A stretch of 64,000 nucleotides of DNA from positions 320,001 to 384,000 of the forward strand of contig CBDCJO010000002.1 in the NCBI GenBank assembly GCA_965217865.1, written 5' to 3'. Below are positions 12,736-23,316 of the stretch, piece after piece (within the stretch, counting starts at the first letter, position 1; the number at the start of each line of letters is the position of its first letter). The position numbers and the translations under genes were made by a program. Origin of the DNA: Candidatus Latescibacterota bacterium (lineage in GTDB: Bacteria; Latescibacterota; UBA2968; SICM01). The notes under the pieces were generated by a model. That model did no database searches, was not told the DNA's origin, and saw only the letters and a program-made list of their open reading frames with translations.

Positions 12736-13826
12736 GATTCGCACGGCAGCTCGGATATGGTTGAACTCAAGCGGATCGTGATCAAAAACGGGAGTTGATC
12801 TATACGAAGCATCCCTTGAGGAATGGACCAAACACGTTTGGTTCATTATCACTTTGTCAAGTATATAATTACCATTCAATTTCCCAGCCCGTTGGCTGCA
12901 TCAAGCATACCTCCCGGGGTCGGGCCGAGGAGATCGTCGGCCCTCTGCGATTCAGAAACGAACCGCCAATCCTGCCGACACCAGCCGTCCAATTTCCGGC
13001 GCCCCCACAAAAGACCGGTATTTTCGGTTCAGAAGGTTGCTGGCATCCAAACTCAACGTCACACGCGCCTGCCCCATAGGAATTTCGTAGGTGGCGTTCC
13101 CATCCACCACCGCATAAGAATCCACAGGTCCGACAAACACGCCCGAACTCATCGGGAATTTCCCTCGATAACGGACTTCCCCACCCAGGCTCAAACGGGT
13201 ATTGGGCACTTTGTATTCGATGCCGAGGTTGAATTTCCGGGTGGGCGCATTCAACGCAACATCTCCGAGGTTGTCCAGATTTGGAAACAGATCTTCGCTA
13301 ACATACGAAAAGTTTCCCGTAACCGTCCAGGCATCGTCGGGATAATAGGCAAAGGCCAGGTCCGCGCCGTAGATCGTCACCTTGCCAAAATTTCGATAGG
13401 TCAGCATCACGGCCACCGGATCGGTTGCCTGTTCGGCCGTGATGGTCCCATACGGGATTCTCGCCGTATTGGTCGTAAACGTTGTGGTCAGTTCGTCTAC
13501 CACTGACCCATTTCCATTTCCACCCAGTGTGGGCGCATCCAGCGCTGCCAGAGCCTCTGCCAGTTGAGCATTTGCCGGGTCCTGCAGCGCTTGACCAAAC
13601 GCTGTTGACAATCCTGCGCGCAGTGACGCCGGTTCCAAAAACACATTGGGGGTTTCAATCCGCAACGGCCCTACGAAGTCCCGGATTCGGGTCCGGTAGA
13701 AATCGGCAGCCAGAATCAGCTTGTTCTGCACAACCCCCTTGTAGCCTACCTCAAACGTCTCGGTGATCGTCGGATCAATTCTTTTGAGATCTTTGACGGC
13801 ATTGGTCAGACTCGCCACCGGATCAA
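12736..13826 (-). pseudogene. Second, shorter copy of the TBDR 3' end (CDS remnant 12952..13826)
   Basis: About 99% identical to 1-1091. Identity ends after CCGGATCAA. Confidence 0.95.
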
Positions 13827-14169
13827 TCCTCGCGGCCGGAGGGCTTCCGCGTTCGGCAAATCACCACGCAGGCTTCCATGGGCGAGTTATAGAAGAGGTT
13901 TGGTCCGAGGCCGAGCACACATTCGAGGAGGTCCAACTCGACAAGCTGTCGCCGCATCGCCGCTTCTTCGTTGCGGAAGAGCACACCATGCGGGAAGAGA
14001 ATTGCGCAGCGGCCGGTCTGTGGGTTGAGGCTCGTGAGGATGTGCTGGAAGAAGGCGTAGTCGGCTCGGCCCTGAGGCGGTGTCCCGAGGAAGTTGCGGC
14101 CCCAGGGGTCGTGCTGCCACGCCTCGCGGTTCCACTTCTTGATCGAGTACGGCGGAACCCATAGAGGAC

Positions 14170-14290
14170 CGGACCGTGGTCAACGGTTAGTGCCATCACG
14201 CTCGCCGCCGGTTGCGACACCCTGCTGACGGAGGACCTTCGGGCCGGCCGGCTGGTCGACGGCCTGAGCATCGTCAAAAACGAGTTAGTG
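14170..14290 (+). pseudogene. PIN-domain toxin C-terminal fragment
   Basis: AAGCDTLLTEDLRAGRLVDGLSIV is typical of VapC C-termini. Confidence 0.5.
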
Positions 14291-14296
14291 GCCTAC

Positions 14297-15823
14297 CAGC
14301 CTGTTGAAAAAGTGCGTTTATGCCAAGATGACTGTTGTCTTTCCTTGTGGTTTGGTCCTATGATATATCAGGTTCAAACTGAGAAGGGAGGACGAGCAGA
14401 TGGCAATGGGAAAACGAGGCCGACAGAGACAGGAAAACCTGTTCATCGCATCGAACACTTTGGTGAAATCTCCGGGTCATCCGTTCTACGAGAAGCTGAA
14501 TCAGGTATTGGGGGCGAACGGCTTCGACGAGTTCGTCGAGGGGCTTTGCCAGCGGTATTACGCTCCTCATATGGGTCGCAAGGGCATTCCGCCCGGGGTT
14601 TATTTTCGGATGCTTTTGATTGGGTATTTCGAGGGACTTGATTCGGAACGTGGGATCGAATGGCGTGTATCCGACTCGCTGACGTTGCGCCGGTTTTTGG
14701 GGTATGACCTTGACGAACAGACCCCGGATCATTCCAGCCTGTCTCGCATCCGGCATCGGCTTCCCTTGGAAGTTCACGAAGCGGTTTTCAAGTGGATCCT
14801 GAGGGTCTTGTGCAAAGCGGGTCTGGTGAAGGGGAAGACGTTGGGCGTGGATGCTACGACACTGGAGGCCAACGCCGCGATGCGCAGCATTGTACGCCGT
14901 GACACGGGTGAAGGCTACCAGGCATTCCTTGAGAATCTGGCCAAGGCCTCGGGCATTGAAACGCCTACCCGCGAGGACTTGTCCAAGATCGATAAGAAGC
15001 GACCGAAGAAGGGATCGAACCAGGACTGGGAGCACCCGCACGACCCGGATGCCAAGATCGCTAAGATGAAGGACGGTCGCACGCACATGGCGCACAAGGT
15101 GGAGCACGCGGTGGATCTGGACACCAATGCCATTGTGGCAGTGGCGTTGTCGGGAGCAGATGAAGGAGATACCGGGTCGTTGCCCTGGACGCTGCTCGAG
15201 GCGCAGCTCAATCTCAAGCAGGTCGCGAAGGACGAAAAAGCTGCCAAACGTTTGCACAGACAGCGTATACGGGAGGTGGTTGCGGACAAAGGATATCATA
15301 GCAACGATGTATTGACCAGTCTGAAGCAAGGCGGCATCCGGAGTTACATTTCAGAACCGGATCGGGGACGCCGCAAGTGGAACGGCCGACGAGATGAGCA
15401 GGCCGCGGTATATGCGAATCGACGCCGGATCAAGGGAGATCGCGGCAAGGCCTTGCGCCGAAGTCGTGCAGAACGGGTGGAAAGAACCATCGCTCACACA
15501 TATGATACCGGTGGCATGCGCAGGTTGCACTTGAGAGACCGCGGCAATATCCTCAAGCGTTTGCTGATCCACATCGGGGGCTGCAACCTGGCTCTGCTCA
15601 TGCGCAAAGTGATGGGCGTAGGTACTCCGAAGGCCCTCCAGGACTTGGCCAAGGCCTTGCAGCGTCTACTGCTCGTCCTACAATCACGCTTTGCTGCCCT
15701 CGGTCACCTTTTTAACCTCTTATCAGCGTCTCCTGCTCAATCTCCTTACCTTGATTTATCCGACCCGCACTCCAGGCGTCTTTTCCGTTTATGTGCGTTG
15801 AAAGGTAGTTCTTCAACGGGCTG
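14297..15823 (+). mobile_element. IS1182/IS5-like element copy 1 (transposase from 14400), TSD CTAC
   Basis: IRs CAGCCTGTTGAAAAA / TTCTTCAACGGGCTG, CTAC on both flanks. DDE motifs VDATT, VADKGY, VERTIA. Confidence 0.92.
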
Positions 15824-15834
15824 CTACGCGTCTC

Positions 15835-16639
15835 TTAAGGAGAGGCCCTGTAGATCGTCGGCGAAAGCCAGACGTGTTCCTCCAGGGGCGGCTCGAGGCG
15901 GTAAGCGCGCGACTGTCGCCGGAAATCGTATAGCCTGACGATCCTGAAGACCTCGGGGTGCTCATTGGAGACGCACAACTCGTTCTTGGTGATGAAAAAA
16001 GGAGTTGTCTTGGGACCATTCGTCGTCTTGATCTCCAGCCAACGCTCTCGGCAGGCCTCATCACCGGTTCCGTCGAAGGACATGATGTCGTAGCCGTAAC
16101 CGTCGCCATCGTCCCTGGCGACCCAGCGGACGCGGTCGGACAGGTCCTTCCGGCCAAGTTCCTCGAGGCGGTGCCTTTCCACCTTGAAGACGAGCGCTTC
16201 TCCCGCTTTTCCGAGATCCCGATTCCGGGCATCCCTCTCGTCCGGGCGTTTCGCGTGGCGGCGGTGCATCGTCGAAGACAAGACCCGGCCCGGCCAGGGG
16301 CTCTGAAGATTCGCGCCTTACCCCTACGGCTTCCCCGGTCAGGAGCGCATGAAGATCGCGGTCCTTGCCGAGGCGGGCTTCAACCGCCTTGAACAGCGCC
16401 TTCTGGTAATTCCTATACGGCTTGTAACCGTCTATGTAGGGAAGGCCGAGTGCGGCCATGACCGCACTGATATTCATGTGCTTGCGCTCGACCGATCCCT
16501 CGGAACGACCAATGGTTTCCATGAGTGCACGCCGATGCTCAGCCTTGTTGAAAGCACGTCCTGCCTGCTCATGCCCGAGCATGTCGAAGTAATCTCCGAT
16601 GATGGCATCGATTTCGTTGTCAGACCAGTTCCGTGCCAT
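15835..16639 (-). pseudogene. DUF3883 (NOV-C) nuclease-domain protein, frameshifted
   Basis: N-part MARNWSDNEIDAII...ERKHMNISAV (16061..16639) and C-part GKAGE...GYGYDI...LEIKTT (15835..16281) lie in different frames. Confidence 0.8.
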
Positions 16640-16834
16640 GCGCTATCAGCCAGTACTTGCCATCAGGTTGTGCTCGACGTCGTCCAAGAATTCGGCGGGT
16701 TTCGGCGCTTTGGGCTGCGGTTCGTGGTTTGAAATCACTCAGCAGTCTTTGTTCTCAGGGGCCCACCAGGGCATCGAAGTCGCCCCCCAGATCAAGGGTC
16801 CGCGCGTCCCCCGCAGCGGGATGCCAATACCAAT

Positions 16835-18104
16835 TGGACTTGACCCGGTTTCGTGGATACCTTATTACTTGGCAGAAAGGAGGATGCTACGATGCCGAGG
16901 TCACATTCGCCGTATCCACCGGAGTTCAAGCGGCAGATTGTAGAACTGGTGCGAGCGGGTCGCACGCCCCATGAGTTGTCCCGTGAGTTCGAGCCGTCGG
17001 CCCAGGCGATCCGGATCTGGATGCGGCAGGCCGATCTGGATGAGGGCCTCCGCAGTGACGGTCTGATCACCGAGGAGCGGGAGGAGATCAGACGACTGCG
17101 CCGCGAGAATAGGCAGTTGCGACAGGAGCGGGAGATCCTTGCAAAAGCCGCGGCCTGGTTCGCTCGGGAGACCAACTCGGTGCCAGGGGAGTCTACGAGT
17201 TCGTGAAAGCCAATCAGGCCTTCTATAAAGTAGCCACGATGTGCCGGGTCCTGGAAGTCTCCACCAGTGGGTACTACGCGTGGCTCAAGCGGCCGCTGTC
17301 GGCACGAGCGCAGGCCGATGTGGCTCTGACGGAACGGATCGTGAAGATTCACAAGTGTTCTGATGGCACCTACGGTGTCCCGCGCATATACGAGGAGCTT
17401 GTAGCCGAGGGGGAGCGGATCGGTCGCAAGCGCGTTGCGCGGTTGATGCGTGCTGCAGGCCTGGAGGGCGTAAGTCGTCGCAAGCGGCATCGAACCACCT
17501 ACCGTGATCGCGATGGGCGCGTCGCTGCTGACCTGGTCAATCGAGATTTCACGGCTAACGGGCCAGACCAGCTCTGGGTAGCCGACATCACTTACATCAG
17601 TACGTGGGCCGGCTTCCTGTATCTCGCGGTCGTTGTGGACGCCTGGAGCCGCCGCGTCGTTGGCTGGGCGATGGCGACCCATCTGCGCGCCGAGCTGGTG
17701 CTCGAGGCGTTGAATATGGCGCTCTGGCAACGACAGCCGGAAGCCGTCATCCATCACTCCGACCAGGGATGTCAGTACACCTCCATTGCCTTCGGTCTAC
17801 GGTGCCGCAAGGCCGGTGTCCGGCCCTCTATGGGCTCCACCGGTGACTGCTACGACAACGCGTTATGCGAGAGCTTCTTCGCCACGCTCGAATGCGAACG
17901 CCTGGATCGCCGAAACTACCGCACACAGGCCGAAGCTCGGATGTCCGTATTTCAATACATCGAGGGCTGGTACAACTCCCATCGGCGACACTCAGCACTC
18001 GGATATCTCTCTCCCATGAACTTTGAGCAGACCTCCAGCGCTGTTGCCCATGAAGCCGAATGAATCGCAACTGATAAACCGTCCGCTAAACCGGGGTAAC
18101 TCCA
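16835..18104 (+). mobile_element. IS3-family element (orfA 16892..17206, orfB 17203..18063)
   Basis: IRs TGGACTTGACCCGGTTT / AAACCGGGGTAACTCCA. Motifs WVADITY, HHSDQGCQY, DNALCESFF. Confidence 0.93.
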
Positions 18105-18282
18105 GTGAGTTACACCCAAATCGACACGAAAACCCGCTCCATCTGGGCTACCTTATAGATGCCGATTTCCCTGAGCGCCCTTCGGGGCCTTGAGGGTGTC
18201 AAACGCGGGTAGGGCATACGCTGCTTGGTCCGTGGCGTCAACACGTGTCTCATACTGGGAATACCCTTTCCATAGTTACCGG

Positions 18283-18741
18283 TCAGAACTGATACTTCAT
18301 GTTGAGGCTGACGCCCCAGAATTGAATGTCCTCCGTCATCGCTGTGTATCGCACCCGCGCACCGCCCGGTCTAACAGTGGACTCATGACTGCGGAGCTGA
18401 TCCCACTCTTCCCCATCCTCGAATTCACCGAAATCCGCCCACTGGAACTTGAGCCCGATGGTGACCGGCTCACTGACCCGATAATCCACCCCGGCGATCG
18501 CCTGATACCCGAACAGCGTATCCGAGAGCTTGGCCCTGCCGATGGTAGTCGTCCCGGCGACCCGCTGGTTCAGAATCTCGCGGTCTTCAAGTTCTGCCTC
18601 CGAAATACCTTCAATGTCCTTGTCATTTGTGAATGTCGGGATGTCGCGGTCGTCATAGTTCCTCGTCCATCGGTTAAAGAAGTCCAAGGAAACCTGCCCA
18701 ACCCCGACTCCAAACCCCACGTACGGTGTAAACTTCGAGTC
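18283..18741 (-). pseudogene. Outer-membrane beta-barrel (porin/Opa-like) C-terminal fragment fused in frame to TcmP
   Basis: FTPYVGFGVG, YQAIAGVDY and terminal MKYQF. Confidence 0.75.
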
Positions 18742-18825
18742 CACGCAAACCCAACGACGCTTATTACGCTCACAACCGATACCTCGAGAAAGTCGTCGGT
18801 AGAGGTGTGGTGGGATTTCACCATT

Positions 18826-19698
18826 CACGAATGTATTAGAGATATCCCAATGGCGCTGGATCATCACATCTCGCGCAGTGGGGTGTCTTGACAGGTGGAG
18901 GAACCACAAGGCACGTCGTGACCCTTGGGGTCGCACGAAGAAGGGCGTATCGTAGGTCGCGTGCGTTACGGCACGAATATGGTCACGCAACGTTCTCTGA
19001 ACGAGGGCTCTTCCGCCATATCCATCTCTCTGCTCGACCAACTCGTGCATTCGTGATTCTGTCAATTCGAGCGGAGCAACTGCCTTGACTAGCAACGGTG
19101 TTTTCGCAAGGTGGTTCACGAGTGCGTCTGCGGCAAACGTAAGTATGACCTCCGCCGCCGGAAGTTCACGAAAAATCCGAGCAATGAGTTCCAGCTTCAC
19201 CTGTGAAAATCCGGTCTGGTCAAGGAGAAATATCGAGCGGCCGGCCCGAGGCTGACGGCGGCGAATTTCCGCGATGATGTCGTCAATCGCTTCTTCGAAC
19301 CGTTCGTTTCTAACGACGATCGATTCATCATCGACTCGGAACCCGCGTTCATTCAGAACTCTCCTGAGATGATCCACATGAGCGGATTCCTTGTCGACAA
19401 AGTAGTATTTGCAATCCAAATTTAGGGGCTTTGTGCGCTTCCGGTTCAGTCTGGTCTTTGCTGCTTTGGATTCCTCCAGCATGATCAGGGGCGTACCGGA
19501 CACGATCTCATCGTCGTCCCGGAACGTGCCTCCTCCGGCAAAGCCATCGACAAGATCGAGTTTGAATTCTTCGCGAAGAGGACTGACGTTCAGCCTGTCA
19601 AAATAGGCGCGAAGGTACTGCCGCAAAACGTCGAGCTTTGCCTTGCTGTGCGCCTCGATCGGAGGCGGCGATTCGTCAGGATACCACCTGAAATCCAT
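18826..19698 (-). pseudogene. tcmP: Three-Cys-motif partner protein, 3'-truncated
   Basis: HSKAKLDVLRQYL, VDGFAGGG, FLLDQTG. Overlaps the DUF5131 gene, the known pairing. Confidence 0.8.
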
Positions 19699-20437
19699 AA
19701 TCTCTTGTCTCCATCAAGTAGAAGGGCATGGCGTTATGCTCGATGCCTTCGAGCATCCGTCCGCCCGATTTCGGCGTCCGGCCGCCCCATTGCTTGAAGA
19801 AGAACGCGACTCCTTCACGCTCGCATACATCCCTGATATTAAGCACCCAACTTCGTTCCATCGGGCGGGCCTTGGGGCCACTCTCGCCGCCGACGATGAC
19901 CCACGAGATTCCTTTAAGGTTGAGATCTCGCACAGGCCCCAGCAAAGGTTCTATGGAAAGAAAACGAATCGGAACCGGAGCCTTTTGGAGGTGCCGAATT
20001 CTGCTGGTCGCTGTGTGATCTTCAACAGACACGCCGCACCAGATATGTCGCGGAGCGACAGCCTGACCGTATCTGCGTTCGAGGTAGTGCTTCATGAGCG
20101 CGCTTCGCTTCGTGAGCACCTGAAATATGTGCCGATCGGCCGCCTCCATTGTGTCGAAAACTCGATCGATCAACTCCGTCGATATCTCCTTATGGAAGAG
20201 GTCGCTCATCGAATTGACGAAGATCATTCGCGGGCGCTTCCATGAGAGCGGTTGGGAAAGCCGCTCCGGGTGCAACGTAAGGTCGAACCCCTTCTCGAAT
20301 GGATGTCCGGGCACGCCGCGGAAGCGCTCGGCTAGGCGCTCGGCGTAACAGTTGTCACAGCCGCGCGTGATCTTAGTGCAACCGGTTACTGGGTTCCAGG
20401 TTGCGTCGGTCCATTCGATGGCAGATTCTTTACTCAT
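19676..20437 (-). CDS. DUF5131 / phage Gp37-Gp68 family protein
   Basis: IEWTDATWNPVTGCTKITRGCDNCYA, FVNSMSDLFH, WVIVGGESG, FFFKQWGG. Confidence 0.93.
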   Translation of the reverse strand: MSKESAIEWTDATWNPVTGCTKITRGCDNCYAERLAERFRGVPGHPFEKGFDLTLHPERLSQPLSWKRPRMIFVNSMSDLFHKEISTELIDRVFDTMEAADRHIFQVLTKRSALMKHYLERRYGQAVAPRHIWCGVSVEDHTATSRIRHLQKAPVPIRFLSIEPLLGPVRDLNLKGISWVIVGGESGPKARPMERSWVLNIRDVCEREGVAFFFKQWGGRTPKSGGRMLEGIEHNAMPFYLMETRDYGFQVVS

Positions 20438-20464
20438 ACGAACAATCCGTGATCCAGTCTCGCT

Positions 20465-20740
20465 GTATCAGATCTCGGCGTGCGAGGGAAGAACGCAAGA
20501 ACCCTTGCGCCCGGCCGGCGGCAGGTGAACCTGATCAACACCCAGAAGCGCGAGCACAGCCGGAAGCCCGATGAACTCTACGACGTGATCGAGGCTTGCA
20601 GCAAAGGCCCCTTCCTTGAGATGTTCGCCCGTGACACGCGCAAGGGCTGGGTCGGTTGGGGCAATCAAGCCAACAACTATGAGATCACTTGGGACACTTA
20701 TGCCCACCACAGCCAAGTTGCCGCAGCTCCTGCCGAGTGA
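20465..20740 (+). pseudogene. MT-A70 family adenine methyltransferase, C-terminal fragment
   Basis: REHSRKPDE...LEMFAR...GWVGWGNQ. Confidence 0.8.
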
Positions 20741-20900
20741 GATGGGCCATTCGAGCACAGTTCTGAACGCGTATCAATTGGCTCTTTCTCGTTGCCGGCG
20801 GGTCGGGTTCCATGCGAATTTGGTGAAGGCAGGAGAGATTCGATGGGCAATAGTTTTGTATGAGGTGATCGGACCGTCCAAACAACCCCCTTTCCCTCAT

Positions 20901-21272
20901 TCACTTGATCCCGTTGTCGGTGAAGAATTTTGACCAAAACTCCATGGCTCGATCGACAACATCGTTGACCAAGATCGTTTGGCCGTCTGGTAGCGTTACT
21001 TCAAGACGCGGAGTAGCGAAGTCGTGGGGATCGAAATCAACCGGGGAGAAATCGCCACCTTGATATCGGGCTTCGTCAATTTGAGGCGGATACCTCGAAA
21101 TCTTTCCGTGTTTCGACGCAGTACAGATGTCCTGCAAATAGCCGAGTTCGCGGCAGATGTCTTTAACGTGATCCTGGAGAACTCTCAATCTTGCAAACCG
21201 AGAATTCGAACCGATGGCTTTGAAGACGTGATCACAGAGATGCCAAGCCTTGCAAGCGCACTCCCGCGCCAA
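20901..21272 (-). pseudogene. Hypothetical protein, probably 5'-truncated
   Basis: Protein-like 123 aa ORF (AWHLCDH, ICTASKH) with no clear start. Confidence 0.45.
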
Positions 21273-21485
21273 TTCTTTATTTAGGCCGTCGTCTTTGAAC
21301 TTCTCCGCGCGGCGGCCTTGAACGCCTCAAGCGCCGAAGGCGCATCAAGACCGAATGAGTGTGTCATTCGTCAGGCCTTTCCTGTCCACACGGCTACAAT
21401 CAGAGACCGCATCAGTCAGTGGGTACTACGCGTGGCTCAAGCGGCCGCGGCAAACTGGCCCGGAGTTGCCCCCCAATGTATGAAG

Positions 21486-21892
21486 GGGCGAAAAGGAACC
21501 GCACAGGCTGCACGGCTGGTCAGTCTTGGCCGTCGACCTGCTCGACAAGGCTCTTCATCTCACGAATGAGCGTAGCCACTTCCCGCCGCTCGGCGGTCGC
21601 CGCGGCGGTGAAAAGACCGTGTTTGAAGGCGTTTGTGTTACCGACCGGTGCGCCGGGCGATGTTCCCCCGTGCATCCGGCAACGGCCATTCGTCATCGCG
21701 GGTGACCGGCACGGCATCCCGCTTCTCGTCCTGGCACCGCATCGCGGGCTCCGGTGCATGGGCAATCTACTTTGCACAGGGTTGTTCCTCAAATTTTGAC
21801 CGAATCCCCTCTCCCCCTCCCCCGGAATGAGTAATATAGCCGTTTGGCCGGAAGCTGTCAACCAGGGAGGCTTCAGATCCAAGCGATCAGAA
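21486..21892 (-). repeat. HGGxSTG-domain small gene (21520..~21790) and upstream DNA; copies at 45075-45409 and 58011-58175
   Basis: CGARTRSGMPCRSPAMTNGRCRMHGGTSPG motif. The near-identical copies are visible in the sequence. Confidence 0.85.
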
Positions 21893-22204
21893 GCGGTCGC
21901 GGCCCGTTGGATGACGGCCAGGTTCGAGACATTGGCCTTCGCCCCGGCCTTTTCAGGATCTCGAAAAACTCCAGGGCCGTCACGCCGACCTGAAGCCAGT
22001 GAAAAAAAGTCGACTGATTCCCGCACCCTCCAGGCGTCCATGTTCCACAACTCCCTCAAATACAAGAGGTTTCTCTCTCTGGCGTGAGGTGAGCGGTTAG
22101 GAAAAGGGTGCAGTTGGGGAGCCGGTCTCAATGTGGAAGAAACGACTGATATGACTGGAAAAACGGGAATCGGTCTTGACGTCTTGACATGGTTTCCGCC
22201 TCGA

Positions 22205-22613
22205 CGGTGCGGGCGTAATTACGATAGATCCTTTCAATACAGCAGGTTACGTCTGAAGAACAGAGAATGGTTCCGGGGAAAGGATCATATGGGGAGCCAT
22301 ATTCCCATCCGCCAACTTCGGCGGTCGTCCGTTAACGCAAGACCCCGTGGGGCAACCCTTCGGGGTCTTGTCGTTTCTATTGTATTCACAAACACTTGTG
22401 CCACCTCCCCCCTTCTCTGCCGATTCTCTGTTTCGAAGCGTTTCCCCCGGTGTCCGAGCACAACCGTGGGGTTGCGCCCGCTGAGCAGAGATATCTCCTC
22501 CGGATTCTCTGATTCTCTGTTTTTCCCGTCGGCTTTATTTAACAGCCTGGTTCGACGTTTGGGAACGTCCCCCGGTATGTATTCACTGGAGCCGGACCAG
22601 TTCCCCCGAATTT
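22205..22613 (+). repeat. Conserved non-coding island segment with hairpins; copies at 41020-41200 (inverted), 57020-57110 and 58535-58880
   Basis: Shared CCTTTCAATACAGCA...GGGGAGCCATATTCCCATCCGCCAACTTCGGCGG...AAGACCCCG..CGGGGTCTT. Confidence 0.85.
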
Positions 22614-23316
22614 GAGCAGTTCCGCGTCGGAGGTTTCCCGTCCGGGCTCCGTACCACCACGCCACCCACTGCCCCCCCTGCCGGTGAACGCAGGGTTTTG
22701 CTGGTCAGCCTTGTATTTCAGGGTATCGGTACCGGAATCCCGATGATGGTGGCTGTTTCGTTAGAGTTTGCCGCCTTCCCCGCCGTGTTTCCTGAAACGT
22801 CTCTCGTCGTCGCCCTCACGACTATGGTTTCGCCAACGAAATTAATGGAGTCCGGCGCACCAGATCCCATCGTCACCGCCATGACGCCCGCGACCGGCTT
22901 GGTGCTCGCCTTCAGCATGACCGTCTTTCGTACGATGAAGCGATTCGCATAATTTTGCGCAACGAAGGCGGTCGCGATCCCTGCATCGCTGGTATCCGCT
23001 GCATTCTTGTGGGAGAACAGAAAGTCGTCGGCCCCGAAGTCGACCACGATCCTCGCGTTCGACTCCGTGGCCCCCAGGGTATCAACGAAACCCGGTGCTG
23101 TGCCGGGCCGTAAGTCATACTCCCCCCACGGTCGCTTTTTTTGTGGAGGTCGCACCCGTTGCCCGGATTCCGAATTAAAGTCGCACACGGGCCGGATTCC
23201 GTGCCTCAGCGGCCGATTCCGGGCCAAGGGGGGGGTTGGATTCCATAATTTCGGAGCGAGTATAAAAAGGCGGGTGGGTGAGGTCCCGGTTCCGGATATG
23301 TGAAACCACGGTCTAG

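Noticed and set aside
13763-14164. 133-aa ORF crossing the duplication breakpoint
   Set aside because: Chimeric, and it reads like an antisense shadow of another gene; no function can be assigned.
14358-15329. 323-aa antisense ORF (also at 23378..24349) and the 321-aa ORF at 16792..17757
   Set aside because: Shadow frames opposite transposase genes with no protein motifs.
22270-22300. Intact tRNA gene
   Set aside because: Only GGTTC and ...GAGCCA resemble a tRNA; no cloverleaf can be drawn.
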